Shown: positions 1 to 13,167, counted from the first letter of the stretch. The stretch is DNA of 64,000 nucleotides from Chiloscyllium plagiosum (GCF_004010195.1 NC_057719.1:50829008-50893007); one strand, 5' to 3'. Numbers and translations are program-made. Notes: generated from the letters alone by a model not told the origin.

Positions 1-1079
1 CAGTCTGCAACTCAGTCATTGGGGAAAAGAACTTACAGTTTTGCAACATTTTCTGATTTCATGAATCAATAGCTGCTTTATATATTGTACCTTACATTGA
101 GGAAAGTTTTAGAATTCAGAAGGAATTGATTTTCAACAGCATATATTTGATTTTGTAACTTTACTGAAATTTTCAGAATAGAAAAAACTGTCAAGTAAAC
201 CTTTGATAAATAAAGAGCATTGACTAAATCTGTCAAATGCAATGTAAAGTTATTATGTTTTTTTAATTGATTTGGAAGTAGAATAATAAGTTATAAAGGC
301 TCTGCAATTAATTGCAAGAGTTGAGGAGAAAAATATGATCACAAAATATCAATGAAAGTGAGGCATTTGCTACTGTACATAGGTAAAATTGTTTAGCTTT
401 TCACAGAGCTTGATGGGTGAAAAATACAGGGTGCAGGACTCAATCTTCAGGAGCCTGACTCTGTCAATGTTTCATTTGGAACTCCAAGTCTGACCCTTGC
501 TCAGTTCTGCAGCAGATGAGGCTGAAAGGCTGTTTCTAAACCAGTTAGGTAACTACTTGATGAAGTCACCTGAAATTCTTTTAGGCTTATGATTTAATGC
601 TGCAACCTATTAAACATGAATCAGAAATACTCACAAGTGATTGTAATGCATCTGCTGCTCTTAAGAAAGTCGATCACCCAAGCAGTGAATTTGCAGATTT
701 TTGTGTCTTTAGATCTGAGAACAAGCAATTATGCTGGTGGAGCCCACTGGCTACTGCCTACAGCCTACACTGGGGATAATAAACCATAGTAATGCTGACA
801 AAATCAAAGTGTTACACCTTTAGGTGCTGGCCAGCAATGTCAAACGCGAAGTAGTAAGATGGAGAATATGGAAAGATTTTTGATAGTATGGATTGAAGAC
901 CAAAACCAGAACCCAGTACCTTTTATTTTGATGAACACCCAAGCAAAAGTCAAAAACCTGTGTGAAGACTTAAACAATGTGCTGGATGAAAGTTCTAGGT
1001 CAGAATGTTTTAATGCTAGCATGGATGGTTTTAAAGAAAATTCCTATTTGCACAACTTTAAACAGCTCTTGATAATTCA

Positions 1080-1299
1080 TGATTTGGAAATGCCGGTGTT
1101 GGACTGGGGTGTACAAAGTTAAAAAATCTCACAACACCAGGTTATAGTCCAACAGGTTTAATTGGAAACACACTAGCTTTCGGAGCGTCGCTCCTCCATC
1201 AGGTGGTAGTGCCCTGATGAAGGAGCGTCGCTCCGAAAGCTAGTGTGCTTCCAATTAAACCTGTTGGACTATAACCTGGTGTTGTATGATTTTAAACTT
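1080..1299. mobile_element. Fold-back PLE-derived cassette, family A (AGCU hammerhead)
   Basis: Inverted arms ~1116-1203 and 1213-1299, each with a hammerhead core. Flanked by cttgataattca (1068-1079) and cttgctaattca (1297-1308). Confidence 0.8.
1211..1245 (+). ncRNA. Minimal hammerhead ribozyme motif (family A); core intact, helix I damaged by the inversion junction
   Basis: CTGATGA A GGAGC gtc GCTCC GAA AGCT A. The mirror copy on the - strand (1171-1205) keeps helix I (CAC/GTG) but reads CTGATGG. Confidence 0.7.
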
Positions 1300-1791
1300 G
1301 CTAATTCAGAGATGGCTGACAAATTCTTCACCTATTTGATGCAAGTCATTGAAGATCAGGAAATTCTAATATGCCTACAGCATACTTAAGGGAATTGCAA
1401 ATATTGCTGACCCATAGGATGAAGTGTCATGCCTGAAATCATGAGATAAGATTTGTGGGCTGTGTGTTTAAGTATCCCACTACAGTGTCCCCGAGGTCCG
1501 ATGTGGAATTATCACTTCAGAGAGAAAGGCTGGGCTTAGTGTAGCAGATAAAGCTGACACATTGGAATTGCTTGCATTCAACAAAGAATTTCTCAATGAA
1601 AGCTTAATATGGCTAAAATAATTAGCAGGAATGGAGGGTGGTGTGGCTGTCAGCAGCCACTCCCTTCATGTCTAGTCCATCAATTTAGCATGGAGTAACT
1701 TTGAAAGAGAATTCCCCAGGGGACCCTGCAAGCAACCCTGAAATGTAGGGATAGGCCCTTAGCTATTCTTCCATTCACCATTTTAAGGACT

Positions 1792-2485
1792 TTGTTATGA
1801 TCAAGTCATGAGGAGTCCAATGGCACTGCCCCTCTTTTCCCAATCCTCATTTGAATTCAACAGATTCTTTATAAAAAATAGTTTGCCAATTCAGTCTGTG
1901 TTAACTGCTCATGTGCTGTGACTGTAAAAGATAAAATAGGCAAAGTCCTTGACCTTTCAAAAACAAAAGAGGCACATTTTTATTGTCCTTAAATTGATCT
2001 AAATTAAACATGCTAACTTTGACACACACATTCAAAATTGACATGCACACAAGTAGATTTTCAGTGGGAACATAAATTATGGAAAATAAAGTCCAGTAAC
2101 ATTAAAGATACCACTTCACAGCCTTGGAATGTGATACAGACATGTAACCATCTTTGACTTTGATTTCAAAGATTGGACATTTCATGAAGGTTAGTGACTA
2201 GGCAGTCTTTAGGCTGAACTGAGTGGTTCTCCTGACTTTGACTTTGAGATGATTAATACAGAATGTAGATGTACAATTTATCTCTTTTGAGTATGGAAGC
2301 TGCAGGATTGAGTTCTTCTAAATTCTCCATCTGTGGCAAATGTACAATCAAAAAAAAGCAAACACAATTTTAAATTTGCACGTTTTCTGGGTAGAGAGAG
2401 AAAGAGAGAAACCAACACTGGGTTCTTGCTCCTTCAGCATCTCATGTGCTTGTTCTGGTTTCTTCCAAAAACAAGTGCTGTAACA
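1792..2485. mobile_element. Possible degraded solo LTR
   Basis: Starts TGTTATGA and has a candidate end at TGTAACA. Low-complexity interior. No PBS or TSD confirmed. Confidence 0.3.
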
Positions 2486-3239
2486 CACTAAAGGCTAGTG
2501 GTTTGTCACCTAACCGTTTTTCTGCACCTGCCCAGTTATCCTAGAAATTATTAAGGTTCATTGAATTCCAGATGCATAGCATGTATTAGATGGTGTGTGG
2601 ACAAATTCATTTCACAGCCAGAGTACCATTCTCTGAGTGACTGTGTTAGATAATTTGGCCCTACCAAGTTGAGTACCCTGGTAATTGTCTAGATGCTTTG
2701 TCATAGAATTGGAGCTAGCCCTCATTCATACTCCTCAAGGCCTGGTGAGACTTTTCAGAGAGAGAGATACCACTTAACAGCCTTGGATTGTGATGCAAAT
2801 GTGTAATCATCTTTGACTATGATTTTAAGTTACTTGAATGTGAGGTTTAGCCTTTTTAAGAAGATCCAACTGATGGCTTCTAACCAATAAGTTCATTTTT
2901 CATAAAGCATGACTTCATAGCAGCTTCATTTCATGGTGAAGTGGGAATCCTATCCACATGTTTACATGCTGTGGGTTTAATTTGGATGGTGGTTGAAGAC
3001 AGTAGGTCCTTACCCCCTCTCTTGACCCCAACTCCAAACCTGCATTAAATTCCTCCCAGAAATGTTGATGATTTGCTATTGTCAATGATGACAGACCTTG
3101 CTGAAGTCACCTTTGTGGTGGAAAAGAAGTATTCGTCTTAGCCACAACTGAATACCTCTCTTAGCATTAGACAACGAGACATGTATTTCGACAGTACTGT
3201 TTGTAACCACTGAATATCGCAAACTGCCCTCGTGCGAAT

Positions 3240-3540
3240 GAATACTGTTGAAACATGGCAGCCAAACTGTTTGCTGCAAGATCTCACAATCACCAACATG
3301 GCAGTGACCCAATAATCTTGATTTTTAAGCTAAATAGTAACCAGAGCACCTGAGGTAGCTATTTAGGCATTCTTCACAATAATGTCTTGGCATCTTTTGT
3401 ATCCACCTGAAAGGATAGATGGGCTCTTGGTTTAACATGTAATCTAAAAGATGACACTTCCAATAGTGCTATGATCTCCCATAAAGCATTGAACTGTCAA
3501 CTTTGATTTTTGTGCTCGAGTCTTCAGCAGACAGTTGAAC
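3240..3540. mobile_element. Old DeuSINE/SacSINE1-like SINE
   Basis: Contains atcttttgtatccacctgaaaggatagatgggctcttggtttaacat...aaaagatgacacttcc, resembling the recalled Deu-domain consensus. A second copy at ~19975-20830 is split by a PLE cassette. Confidence 0.5.
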
Positions 3541-4534
3541 TGGCAATTGAGTCACATAATTGTAACACTACAACATTAAATTCACATTAAATGTTGTCAT
3601 TTGGACATCTACGCGAAGGCATTTATGTAAACAGTGGACCGACAGAGGTTCATTCAGTTTTATCTTTCCCTCGAACTTGATGACATGACAGACATGACTG
3701 AGGACACGCTATCTTTAATGTACAAGGAAGTTGCTTTAATAGAATCATTCTAATTTTATCATATGATAATCTGCAGCTGATTTTTGGGAAGTCAGCATAC
3801 TTAATCAGCGAATATTCTATCATGGTTAATAAATACTGGGAGTGATTCTAAAACAACAATTAATAGAGAGGAACTGGAAGTATCATAAATTACAAGAGTA
3901 AAAACATGTGAACTGAAGATCAATTCCCTGACATTTTATGTCTATTATAAGGTTTTAAATGTCTATATTGCCTATGTCCGTATTCCTATGCATAATGGTG
4001 CTAAGTGTGGCAGCTTCTGTCGAGAAAGAAACAATGTTAACTTTCCGGAACAGAAACCTTTCTTTGGGATTGCCGATTCTGGTGAGGGCTTCAGCCTTTC
4101 TGGCCACATGATTCTTTGAGAAAGGTATCCAAGAGCCTGGTTACATAATTGATGATCAGATTTTACATGAGGTAGATTGCTGTAAGCCATGGTAGATGTG
4201 GCATCATGGACCAGACTCACTCAAACACATTTACATGAAGATGTGAAATTAATTTACATAAATATAGAGGTACTGTAAAGGGATTCTTGTGGTGCAGTGG
4301 TAATAGAAGGCCCATGTTCGAGTCATCCCCGGCTCCAAAGGTGTAACATGTCTGAACAGATTGGTTAAAAACATGCAGAGAAGCACAGTGTATATAAAGG
4401 AAACAGTGATATTATATCATTATAGCATTTGTAAAGAGCTGGGAATAATAGTGTGAATATTGTTACAACTAGATCCTACAACTAGTTAACTAATTGCTTT
4501 GCTTTGCAATTAACTGCCTTATATACTGATAGAC

Positions 4535-5660
4535 ATTCACGGCAGAGAAAGAAGTCATTCTGATCATCATGTCCACACCATTCATCTGATGACACTAATC
4601 CCCTTTTCTAGCTCTTAGGCCATATCCTGGAGGCTATGGCAATGCAAGTGAATACTGCTTAAAAGTTAAACATTTCTGACTCAGCCACCCTTTCATACAG
4701 TGAGTTCCAGATTCTATCACTCGCTGGGTGAGCAATGTTCCCTCTGATTTTCTCTTTCTTTAAATCAATGCCTGCTGCTTATTGACCCCTCTGCTAATGG
4801 GAAAAGTGCTTTCACATCCATCCTAACTGTGCTGGTTGTAATCTTATCCATCTTTGTCAGTTTCAAACTTTACAGCTCCAAGTAAAAAAAAACCCATCCT
4901 GATCAATCTTTTCTCATAGCTCAGTCCCTCTCACCCAGGCAGCATTCTGATAAATCTCCTCTGCATCCTCTCCACAAATCTTTTTAAAAGGTATTCGTTC
5001 ATGGGATGTGGACATCGATGGCCAGTATTTATTTTCCATCCTTAATTTCCCAAAGTACAGTTAAAAGTCAACTATGTCACTGTGGTTCTGGAAGCACATG
5101 ACAGCTAGACCAGGTAAGGATGGAGACTTCCTTCCCTAAAGAGCATTAATGAACTGGATGAGTTTTGCAACAATTGACAGTTATGTGGTCACCATTAGAC
5201 CTTTTCTTAAAAAAAAATCCAGACCTTTATGGAATTCAAATTTCTCCATCTGCCATAATGGGATTTCAACCCATGTCGCCAGCATAGTAACATACGACTC
5301 TGGATTGCTAGCCCAGTGATAATAATTGAGGCCACTGCCGTCCCTACCTCATCTTTCCTGTAATGTGGTGACAGCAATACTTCAGTAGTGACCTAATCAA
5401 CATTTTATATACAGTTCCAGCATAATCTCCTTACTGTTGTTTTTCTGTCCTGGCTATTAAAGGCTAGTACCTCATATGCTTTCTTAACCACCTTACCTAT
5501 TTGCCATGTTACCTTCAAGATCTGTGGATATGCGCAACAAGATTCCTCTGATATTCAGTACTTTCTAAGGTCCGACCATTCATTCTTGCTCCATTAGCCC
5601 TCCCCAGGTGAATTACCTCAATTGTCCAGGTCGATTTCCATTTGCACAGTACATTCTTCT
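4535..5660 (-). mobile_element. Old CR1-type LINE 3' fragment, interrupted by a SINE-like insert at ~4990-5345
   Basis: Antisense CR1 ORF2 C-terminus and 3'UTR pattern, similar to other CR1 copies in the window. Confidence 0.6.
4990..5345 (-). mobile_element. Short non-autonomous element: tRNA-like head plus 3' tail of the LINE at 41870-46655
   Basis: Head is homologous to 27466-27740 and 41870-42330. Tail (...aataaatactggcc...cacatcccatgaacgaat) is homologous to 46585-46655. Confidence 0.7.
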
Positions 5661-5988
5661 GGCATAGCTCTTCATTAAACATTTACCGGTTCCTGCTTCG
5701 TCACCAGTACATAAGACAATTTAGTTTTCCAAATAACCGACTTGTTTTCTATAGTCTTCATTATGCTGTTAGTTATTTAACATTACTAATTACTTTAGAG
5801 TCATCGAGTCATACAGCATGGAAACAGATCCTTCAGCCCAACCCGTCCATGCCATCCAGGTTTTCTAAACTGAACTAATCCCATTTGGCCCATTACATAC
5901 CTGATTATGTAAGAGAGGAACTCCTGCTTTTAGTTAGATTTTCTAATCAACTATGATAGTATCACAGAGCACTGTGCTTTGATTATTA

Positions 5989-6325
5989 GATCATAGAATC
6001 CCTACAATGTGGAAACAAGCCCTTCAACCCAACAAGTCCACACCGACCCCCTGAAGAGTAACCCACCCAGACCCATTCCCCTACCCCATTATCCGATATT
6101 TACCCCTGACTAACACACCTAATCTACACATCACTGAAGACTGTGGGCAATTTAGCGTGGCCAATTCACCTAACCTGCACATCTTTGGATTGTGGGAGGA
6201 AACCGGATCACCCGGAGGAAACCCACGCAGACATGGGGAGAAGGTGCAAACTCCACACAGGCAGTTGCCTGAGGTTGGAACTTGGGTCCCTGGCACTGTG
6301 AAGCAGCAGTGCTAACCACTGTGCC
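5989..6325 (-). mobile_element. HE1-type V-SINE
   Basis: tRNA-like head (gcacagtggttagcactgctgc), V-domain (gtgtggagtttgcac..gcgtgggtttcctccggg) and CR1/HER1-like tail. Confidence 0.9.
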
Positions 6326-6984
6326 TTTATAGATAATAGAAAGCAATTTGAGGAATTGCAGTGGGGATGAGAAGATACTGTGGCAGGTTGAGAGAGCTTC
6401 GCTGCATTAGTTATGAGAGAATATTGCAGCTGGAGGAAGTAAATTCAGCAATTGGACAGATGTTGGAACACAGCAGGGTGTAACTGGTTGAAGTCTTCCT
6501 TAGAGGGGCTTGGGAACTTTCCTGGAATACCTACATAACTACAGTGAATTTTGCATTAGGCTCGCAGCTCAATTTAAGCATGTTATTTAAGGGTATGGAA
6601 AGACAGTCAGATACCACAAAATGCTCAGCTATAAAATAGATGCATGTGTACCAGTTTAGATGTCATTCACATATTTGATGTTCCAAACGCTCAGCTGTCT
6701 CTTGCTAGGCATGTGAAGTTTTATATTGAGAGCAATGTTCTCTGTAATTTTTTTGTGCTATACAGATCTGAGGTCCATGTGCAACAACAGCTTCTACAAA
6801 AAATAGCCAATTCATTGGCATGCCATTTAGTGTACGTGAAATCTCTCAGCAGCTGCACATTTTGTGCAGCTTAGAGGGAACATTGATGGAGACCATGACA
6901 CTTTCACCACCTCAATTAACTTTTTCAGCAATTATTTGGAATAAACCTTGCGTTAGTGATATAACTTCCTACTTTTGTTTGTTC

Positions 6985-8140
6985 AATTGTGGAATATGGA
7001 CATCGCTGATGAGGCCAATATTTGTCACCCATCCCTAATTGCTCTTGAGAAATTACTGATGAGCCACCTTCTTGAACCGTGTGATTGTAGGTAGAGTGCT
7101 GGTAGGAAGGGGATTCCAGGATTTTAATCATCATGCTAATGAAAGAACAGTGATAGAGTTCCAAGTTAGTTATGCAGGTTGTGGTGTTTCAGATACCTAC
7201 TGCTCTTGTCCTAGGTGGTAGAAGTTGTTGGTTCAGAAGGTGTTGTCAGACGAGCCTTAAATTGCTGTAATCATTTCATACATTTTACACATTGGTGTCA
7301 CTGTGTACAGTGGTTGAGGATTTTTAAGTCAATGGGTGGGGTGTTAAACGGGTCGGCTGCTTTATGCTGGATGGTGTTGAGTTTTTCAGTATTATTCACA
7401 CCTTGTTCATCCGGGCAAGTGGCGGGTTTGGATCACACTCCTGACATGTGCCTTGTTGATAGTGGATAGATTTTGGGGAGTTGGTAGGTGAGCTGTTATC
7501 TGGCTGGTTGTTTAATTATTCTCCACCATTCATACTGGATCTGCCAGGCTATCAGATTTTTTCTGCTTCATTGATTGTGGGATTGTTTAGCTTGATTATC
7601 TATTGGATAGTGCTGCTGTTTAACATATAAGTAATCTGATTTTGTAGCTTCATGTCTTATTTATTTCACTCTATACACTGAATGGCAGTCAAAAATTATA
7701 TTCTCCTACATCTAATTGGAACTGAGCCCAGCTCCCAGAAGTGAAAAATAATGCCAGTCCATCAAATCTCAGGAGCTTTATTTTGTGGTTTTGTGAGTAT
7801 CTGCTGCTCCTGTTGTGCCTTGTTGCACTATTCATTGGTTTGTTTATAATAGTGGATGAGGGATATGGTGAGACAAGAAGTTATGACTTGTGTGTGAATG
7901 CAATTCTGGTGCTGTTGATGGCCATGTCACCCACAGATGCCTAGTTTTAAGCTGCTAGAGCTGTTCTGAATCTATGCCTATAAGCAGAATGCTAGTGCCA
8001 CATGAAATGATGGGCAGTGTTCTCAGTGGGAAAATCTGAGATCCCTCATCAGCTGCCACAGACCAGTCTGGCAGATATGTCCTTCAGAAATTGATCAGTT
8101 CTGTCGGTAGAGGTTCTACCGAGCTACATTTGGTGAGCAC
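6985..8140 (-). mobile_element. Rearranged fragments of the same LINE family as 41870-46655
   Basis: 3' tail near 6990-7080 is homologous to 46550-46650, followed by decayed RT/endonuclease pieces. Confidence 0.55.
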
Positions 8141-8623
8141 TATTAAATTCAAATAAATAAAATCTATGTAACTGTCTGTAATCCTAAATTTCACTATCAT
8201 TAACATGTTAAAAACATAATGAAAGGAACAAATGTGGAGCTCGTCTTGCTGTCTCATGTTAAATCCAATTCTCGGTTTTTTTATATGCTCATGATCTCAT
8301 GTCTATTTATTTCACTCATTACACTGAACGGCAATCATAAACTTGGGAAGTATGTTCCCTTACATCTAGCTGGAAATGAGCCCCGCTCCCAGAAGTGAAA
8401 GATGATGTTCTAAAACTCTGCCAGTCTATCAAATCCCAGGAGCCTCATTTTGTGATTTTGCATATCTGATATGCCATTGAATCCAAAAAGGGGAAAAATT
8501 GATTAATCTTGGTAACTACTTGTAAGTGACAATATAGTTTGTAAACGTTTGAACACAGTGAACAGAAATAGGTTTTTCTGAGAAGTTCAATAATTTTAAT
8601 CAACAGTTTTCATTTTTTTCCAG

Positions 8624-8707
8624 TCACAAGAGGCAGTCCAAACTGAGGAAGATGATGTTACAGGTTTTCCAGGGACCAGTTTTATTGCTGTTGCAGATTT
8701 ACCAAAG
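8624..8707 (+). CDS. KIAA0586: KIAA0586/TALPID3 internal coding exon (phase 0-0), SQEAVQTEEDDVTGFPGTSFIAVADLPK
   Basis: Acceptor ttttttccag and donor AAG|gtaacc. The 84 nt are open and resemble the recalled human TALPID3 segment 'EEEVKFPGTNF'. Joins the next exon in frame. Confidence 0.85.
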
Positions 8708-8897
8708 GTAACCACTCGGTTAAGACATGAATTTAGTATTATGTAAATTTAAATTGCCCATTTAAAGGCAATGATTAAATAACATAAATTGTCATTGAAA
8801 CAGGAATACATTTCAGTTCTGCCTTTCTATTTTAATTGCTTACATTATTACACTTTTGGGAAGTAAATGTAGATACCAAACTCTGTATACAAGGCTA

Positions 8898-9930
8898 CAC
8901 AAAAAGTGTGGCGCTGGAAAAGCACAGCCGGTCAGGCAGCATCCGAGGAGGAAGAGAATCAACGTTCCAGGCGTAAGTCCTTCTTCAGGAATATGGTGGG
9001 GTGGGGAAAGGGGCTGAGAGATAAATAAGGGGGTGGGCTGAGGGGAAGGTGATAGCTCGGAGGGGAGAGTGGAGTGGATAGGTGGAAAGAAAGATGGACA
9101 GGAAGGACAGTTCAAGAAGACAGTGCAAAGTTGGAGGGTTGGATCTGGGATGAGGTGAGGTGGATGGGAGATGAGGAAACTGGTGAAATCCACATTGATC
9201 CTGTGTGGTTGGAGGGTCCCAAGGTGGAGGATGAGGAGTTCTTCCTCCAGGCGTCGGGTGGCTTGGAATTGGCTGTGGAGGAGACCCAGAACTTGCAGTG
9301 TTCTTGGCGGAGTGGGAGGGAGAGTTGAAGCGGTTGCCCGTAGGTTAGTGGGGTTGTTTGGTGCGTGTGTCCCAGAGATGTTCCCTAAAACATTCCACAA
9401 GTTGGCACCCCGTCTCCCCAGTGTAGAGGAGACCACATTGAGAGCAACAGACACATCCAAACACCTCATCTACTGTGTCTGTTGCTATTGATGTGGTCTC
9501 CTCTATACTGGCGTGACAGGACGCCAACTCAAAGCATGTTTCAGAGAACATCTCTGGGACACATGCACCAAACAACCCCACCGCCCTGTTGCCGACCACT
9601 TAAACTCCCCCTCCCACTCTGCCAAGGACAAGTCCTGGGCTGCCTCCACTGCCAAATCTAAGCCACGCAATGCCTTGAGGAAGAATGTCTCATTTTCCGC
9701 CTTGGGAACCTCCAACCACATGGCATCAATATGGATTTCACCAGTTTCCTCATGTCCCCCTTCCCCACCTCATCCCAGATTCAACCCTCCAACTTGGCAC
9801 TGTCCTTCCTGTCCATCTTCCGTCCCATTTATCCACTCCTGCTCCTCAGATGCTGCCTGACCCGCTGTGCTTTTCCAGCGCCATACTTTTTGATGCTCAT
9901 CTCCTGCATTTGCAGTCCTCGCTTTCTCCT
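8898..9930. mobile_element. Penelope-like element 3' end (GIY-YIG endonuclease + pLTR, family B) as a ~1 kb inverted pair
   Basis: Both arms encode YCVCC..CGLLYTG.TG.QL..CFREHL, a GIY-YIG variant (- strand below ~9455, + strand from ~9451). Both ends carry family B terminal sequence. A degenerate hammerhead lies at 8957-8992 (-). Confidence 0.88.
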
Positions 9931-10645
9931 ACTTTGTATGTAGTCAAATTTCTCAGCAGAGAAAAAAAAACACTGCACATATTTCAAATATAGGTTTCAC
10001 ATAATAAGCTAAAGACTGACGAGGTTCACATCCCTGGATGCAAACACAGATCTGTGTTTCTGCTAAATAAACAGCTGACCATTTCAAGTGTATGAAGTAT
10101 ATCAAGAGTATTCCTCTCCAGGGTGAATTACAATATAGGTAGCAATATATTACATATGTGGGGATTACCACTACGTGATATAAATGCTATTTCTTGCAGA
10201 GGAGATGTGGAGGTCCTTCCACCTGAGTTAATAAGCTGAATGGAACTAGCTCCCCATGAGATACTGGTAGTTGAAAATAAATTGAAACAGCTGCAACAGC
10301 TTTCAGCAGCAGTAAGTGCCAGTGGTAACCATAGCAACCATCATCTGCTAACTGCTGCTGAGCTTTCTGCAGCACCAGACAAATAAAACTTGCTCATGCA
10401 GAATGCAGGTTCATGGCTGCTCATAGAGTCCTCAAGCATCCTACCTGTTACATGGCAATCATACATAATGCTACCTCAGACAGCTTTGTTTCAACCACAC
10501 ATAAAACCCTCGAAATGATTAGAAATGGGAATTTGTTTTATAGGAAAGATTTAAAAGTTTATTATGATATTTCATTCCATTCTAGAAACAAAATTCCTGG
10601 TCATTTCAATTCAGGCCATAGATGGTCACATGTGTACTCTATCCA

Positions 10646-10964
10646 TGATTAGATTAGATTACTTACAGTGTGGAAACAGGCCCTTCGGCCCAACAAATCC
10701 ACACCAACCCTCCGAAGAGCAACCCACCCAGACCCATTCCCCTACAATTAACCCCTTCACCTAACACTACGGGCAATTTAGCATGGCCAATTCACCTAAC
10801 CTGCACATTTTTGGCCATGGGAGGAAACCGGAGCACCTGGCGGAAACCCACGCAGACACGGGGAGAATATGCAAACTTTATACAGACAGTTGCCCGAGGC
10901 GGGAATTGAACCCGGGTCTCTGGCGCTGTGAGTCAGTAGTGCTAACTACTGTGCCACCGTACCA
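10646..10964 (-). mobile_element. HE1-type V-SINE, near full length
   Basis: Full head, V-domain and tail ending in (TAATC)n on the - strand. Confidence 0.92.
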
Positions 10965-12817
10965 CCCAGATGCATGGAATAAATATCATTTCAATATCTG
11001 CCTGAACAGGTTTATCTCTCTCTCCAATTTAATTGCATGATGGTTGTTAAATCCAACAATTAAAGACAATGTTTATTTGTAATTATTCCATTGGAGGAGC
11101 AGAGTTGATGAATGAAACATGTAGCTGCAGTCTGCTCATGAAGATGTTCAATTCTAGTGGTAGGAATGCTACTCTCCTGTAAACTAACACCGATAAAGAT
11201 ATATTTCAAGTAACAATTTGTTTTGTGTTCTAACTGTCTCTGTTTAAAGGTAATTCTTACATTTAATGCTTTGAATTAAATTGGTTCAAAGCGTGATACC
11301 ACTTTATATATGAACTGAAAACTTTAGATTCTAAATTCTGATGCGGTATGTTCCACTTTCAGGTTTAGGATGTCCAATTTTTAAGGATTGTAAAGGATAG
11401 GAAAAAAAGGCAGGGGGACAATGGTGATGAAAATTTGAACACTGCATGATGTCTTAGGGAGCACAAGTTGTCCTTCTATCATTCAGCAGCCTTGGGACTT
11501 CCATTTAGGTCTGGAGAATTTTTCAAACCACAGAAGGGCACAAGTCAGGGTCAGCACGAGAGCTTTTAAATACGTTCAGCTTGCTGCACAGCATCCTTTT
11601 GCATTTTATTCTGAGATTTAATTCAATGCTGTAAATCGTAGCTTGAAACAATATTTAATCCTCAGCATAAAACCTGGAAAAGGATAAAATTACATAAGTA
11701 CCAATGGCACTGGGGCATTTGTTCATGTGTGTGATTGAAGTGCTTTTATTCCTCCCATACCCTGTTGTGAGCAACAAAATATACCTTTTTAACCAAATTA
11801 TCCAACAAGTATATCAGAATGATTGCAAACAGAAAATGGAGTACTTCACTGAAATGAATGCGAGTGTAGACTGAGCATGAGCATATATTGACCTTGTGAC
11901 TTAAACAGTGATTTTAAATAGACCAATGTACTGCTGAGTGTTGAAAATGAAAATCACTTAGAAACCCACCTAAACTAGCTATTATAAGGTTTTACACCAG
12001 CACAGCAAGAGAAACATTTTGGAGAGAAGGACACAGCGCTGCAGGAACCATCCTGCAGATGCCAGACCACAGAGGTTGTCTGGCCAAAGAGTGTCGGATA
12101 AGAGAGGCACAACCTGAAATTTATCATTAAATGTAGTTTTTAGTCCTTGCTATCAAAGTCAGCCTCCAGTCAAGGCCTTGATTTTTGTTTCTCCCTGAGT
12201 CATTGAATGCACAGAATATTTAAATAGAACTCAGTAGCACTAGATGGTTATTTTTAGCAATTGGTGGTATAAGGGAAGTAGAGCTCTTAAATTGTTATAC
12301 GTGTGCCAAGCTCTGAAACCAATCAAATAGTCGATTGCTCTTACGTTAATCATCTGGTGTACCGTTTTTATACTAATCAACTGGTATGGAACTTATCAGT
12401 GAGCCATACAGTGTGAAGACCTCAGATCAATCAAATAGTATGTAATCTTGAGGTCAATCAAACTATACTGATTTCTTGGGCTAGTTGCTGCATTTAATTT
12501 GATGATGTTCCTCATTTTCCTGAAAAAAGGATATTTTTACAGAATAATGCTGTAATAAAACACTTGTTCAGTTACCATGGTTACAGATGTTCTGATTCCT
12601 GTGGGGAGCAATAATTTTTAAAAAGTTGAATTTTCCAAATGACGAGCAAAAGAAAACCAATCAACGTGACTTCACTTTTTCAGACCTTTACTGTAACAAA
12701 TATAAATCATTACAGATCAAACATTAATTAGCAGATAACTGATGCTCAAAGCTAAATAGAAAGATAGGTTTTGCATTCACATGCACAATCTAAATATGTC
12801 TTTGTGAATGTCTTAAT

Positions 12818-12975
12818 GCAAAGATGTGCAGGTTAGGTGAATTGGCCATGTTAAATTGCCCGTAGTGTTAGGTAAGGGGTAAATGTAGGGGTATGGGTGG
12901 GTTGCGCTTCGGCGGGTCGGTGTGGACTTGTTGGGCCGAAGAACCTGTTTCCACACTGTAATGTAATCTATTTTA
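12818..12975 (+). mobile_element. 5'-truncated HE1 SINE
   Basis: Nearly identical to the 3' half of the copy at 51462-51775. Confidence 0.9.
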
Positions 12976-13167
12976 AATCTAAACACCATGCTTCCAGTTG
13001 ATATGTAGAATTAAATAAACAGTCACTCCCAGCTCACCAGTAGAGGTTCGCTTCTTCCCGTTATGACAGAATTTTATTACTGCTAGCAAGGCACACCTTG
13101 GTGACTCTTTTTTCTTTAACTCTTCAAAGAACCCCATCTATTCTGTCTCTGTACTTTGAATAACACT

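Larger units (their letters stand above)
660..1365 (+). mobile_element. Decayed Tigger/pogo-type transposase N-terminus (psq + CENP-B HTH), split by a PLE-derived insert
   Basis: Peptide remnants RKSIT (~664), NADKIK (~790), MERFLIVWIEDQNQ...FNAS...LHNFK (859-1062). The frame resumes as ANSEMADKFFTYLMQVIEDQ after 1300. Confidence 0.75.

Noticed and set aside
8298..8510. Extra KIAA0586 exon in the duplicated segment
   Set aside because: All three + frames hit stops shortly after the candidate acceptor, and there is no TALPID3 similarity.
8840..9469. 209-aa ORF as a novel protein gene
   Set aside because: It is a frame-mixed read-through of a Penelope GIY-YIG C-terminus and pLTR, with no splice or start context.
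10670..11040. Recurrent short ORFs (METGPSAQQ..., GVCTFSPCLRGFPPG...)
   Set aside because: These are translations of HE1 SINE copies, not genes.
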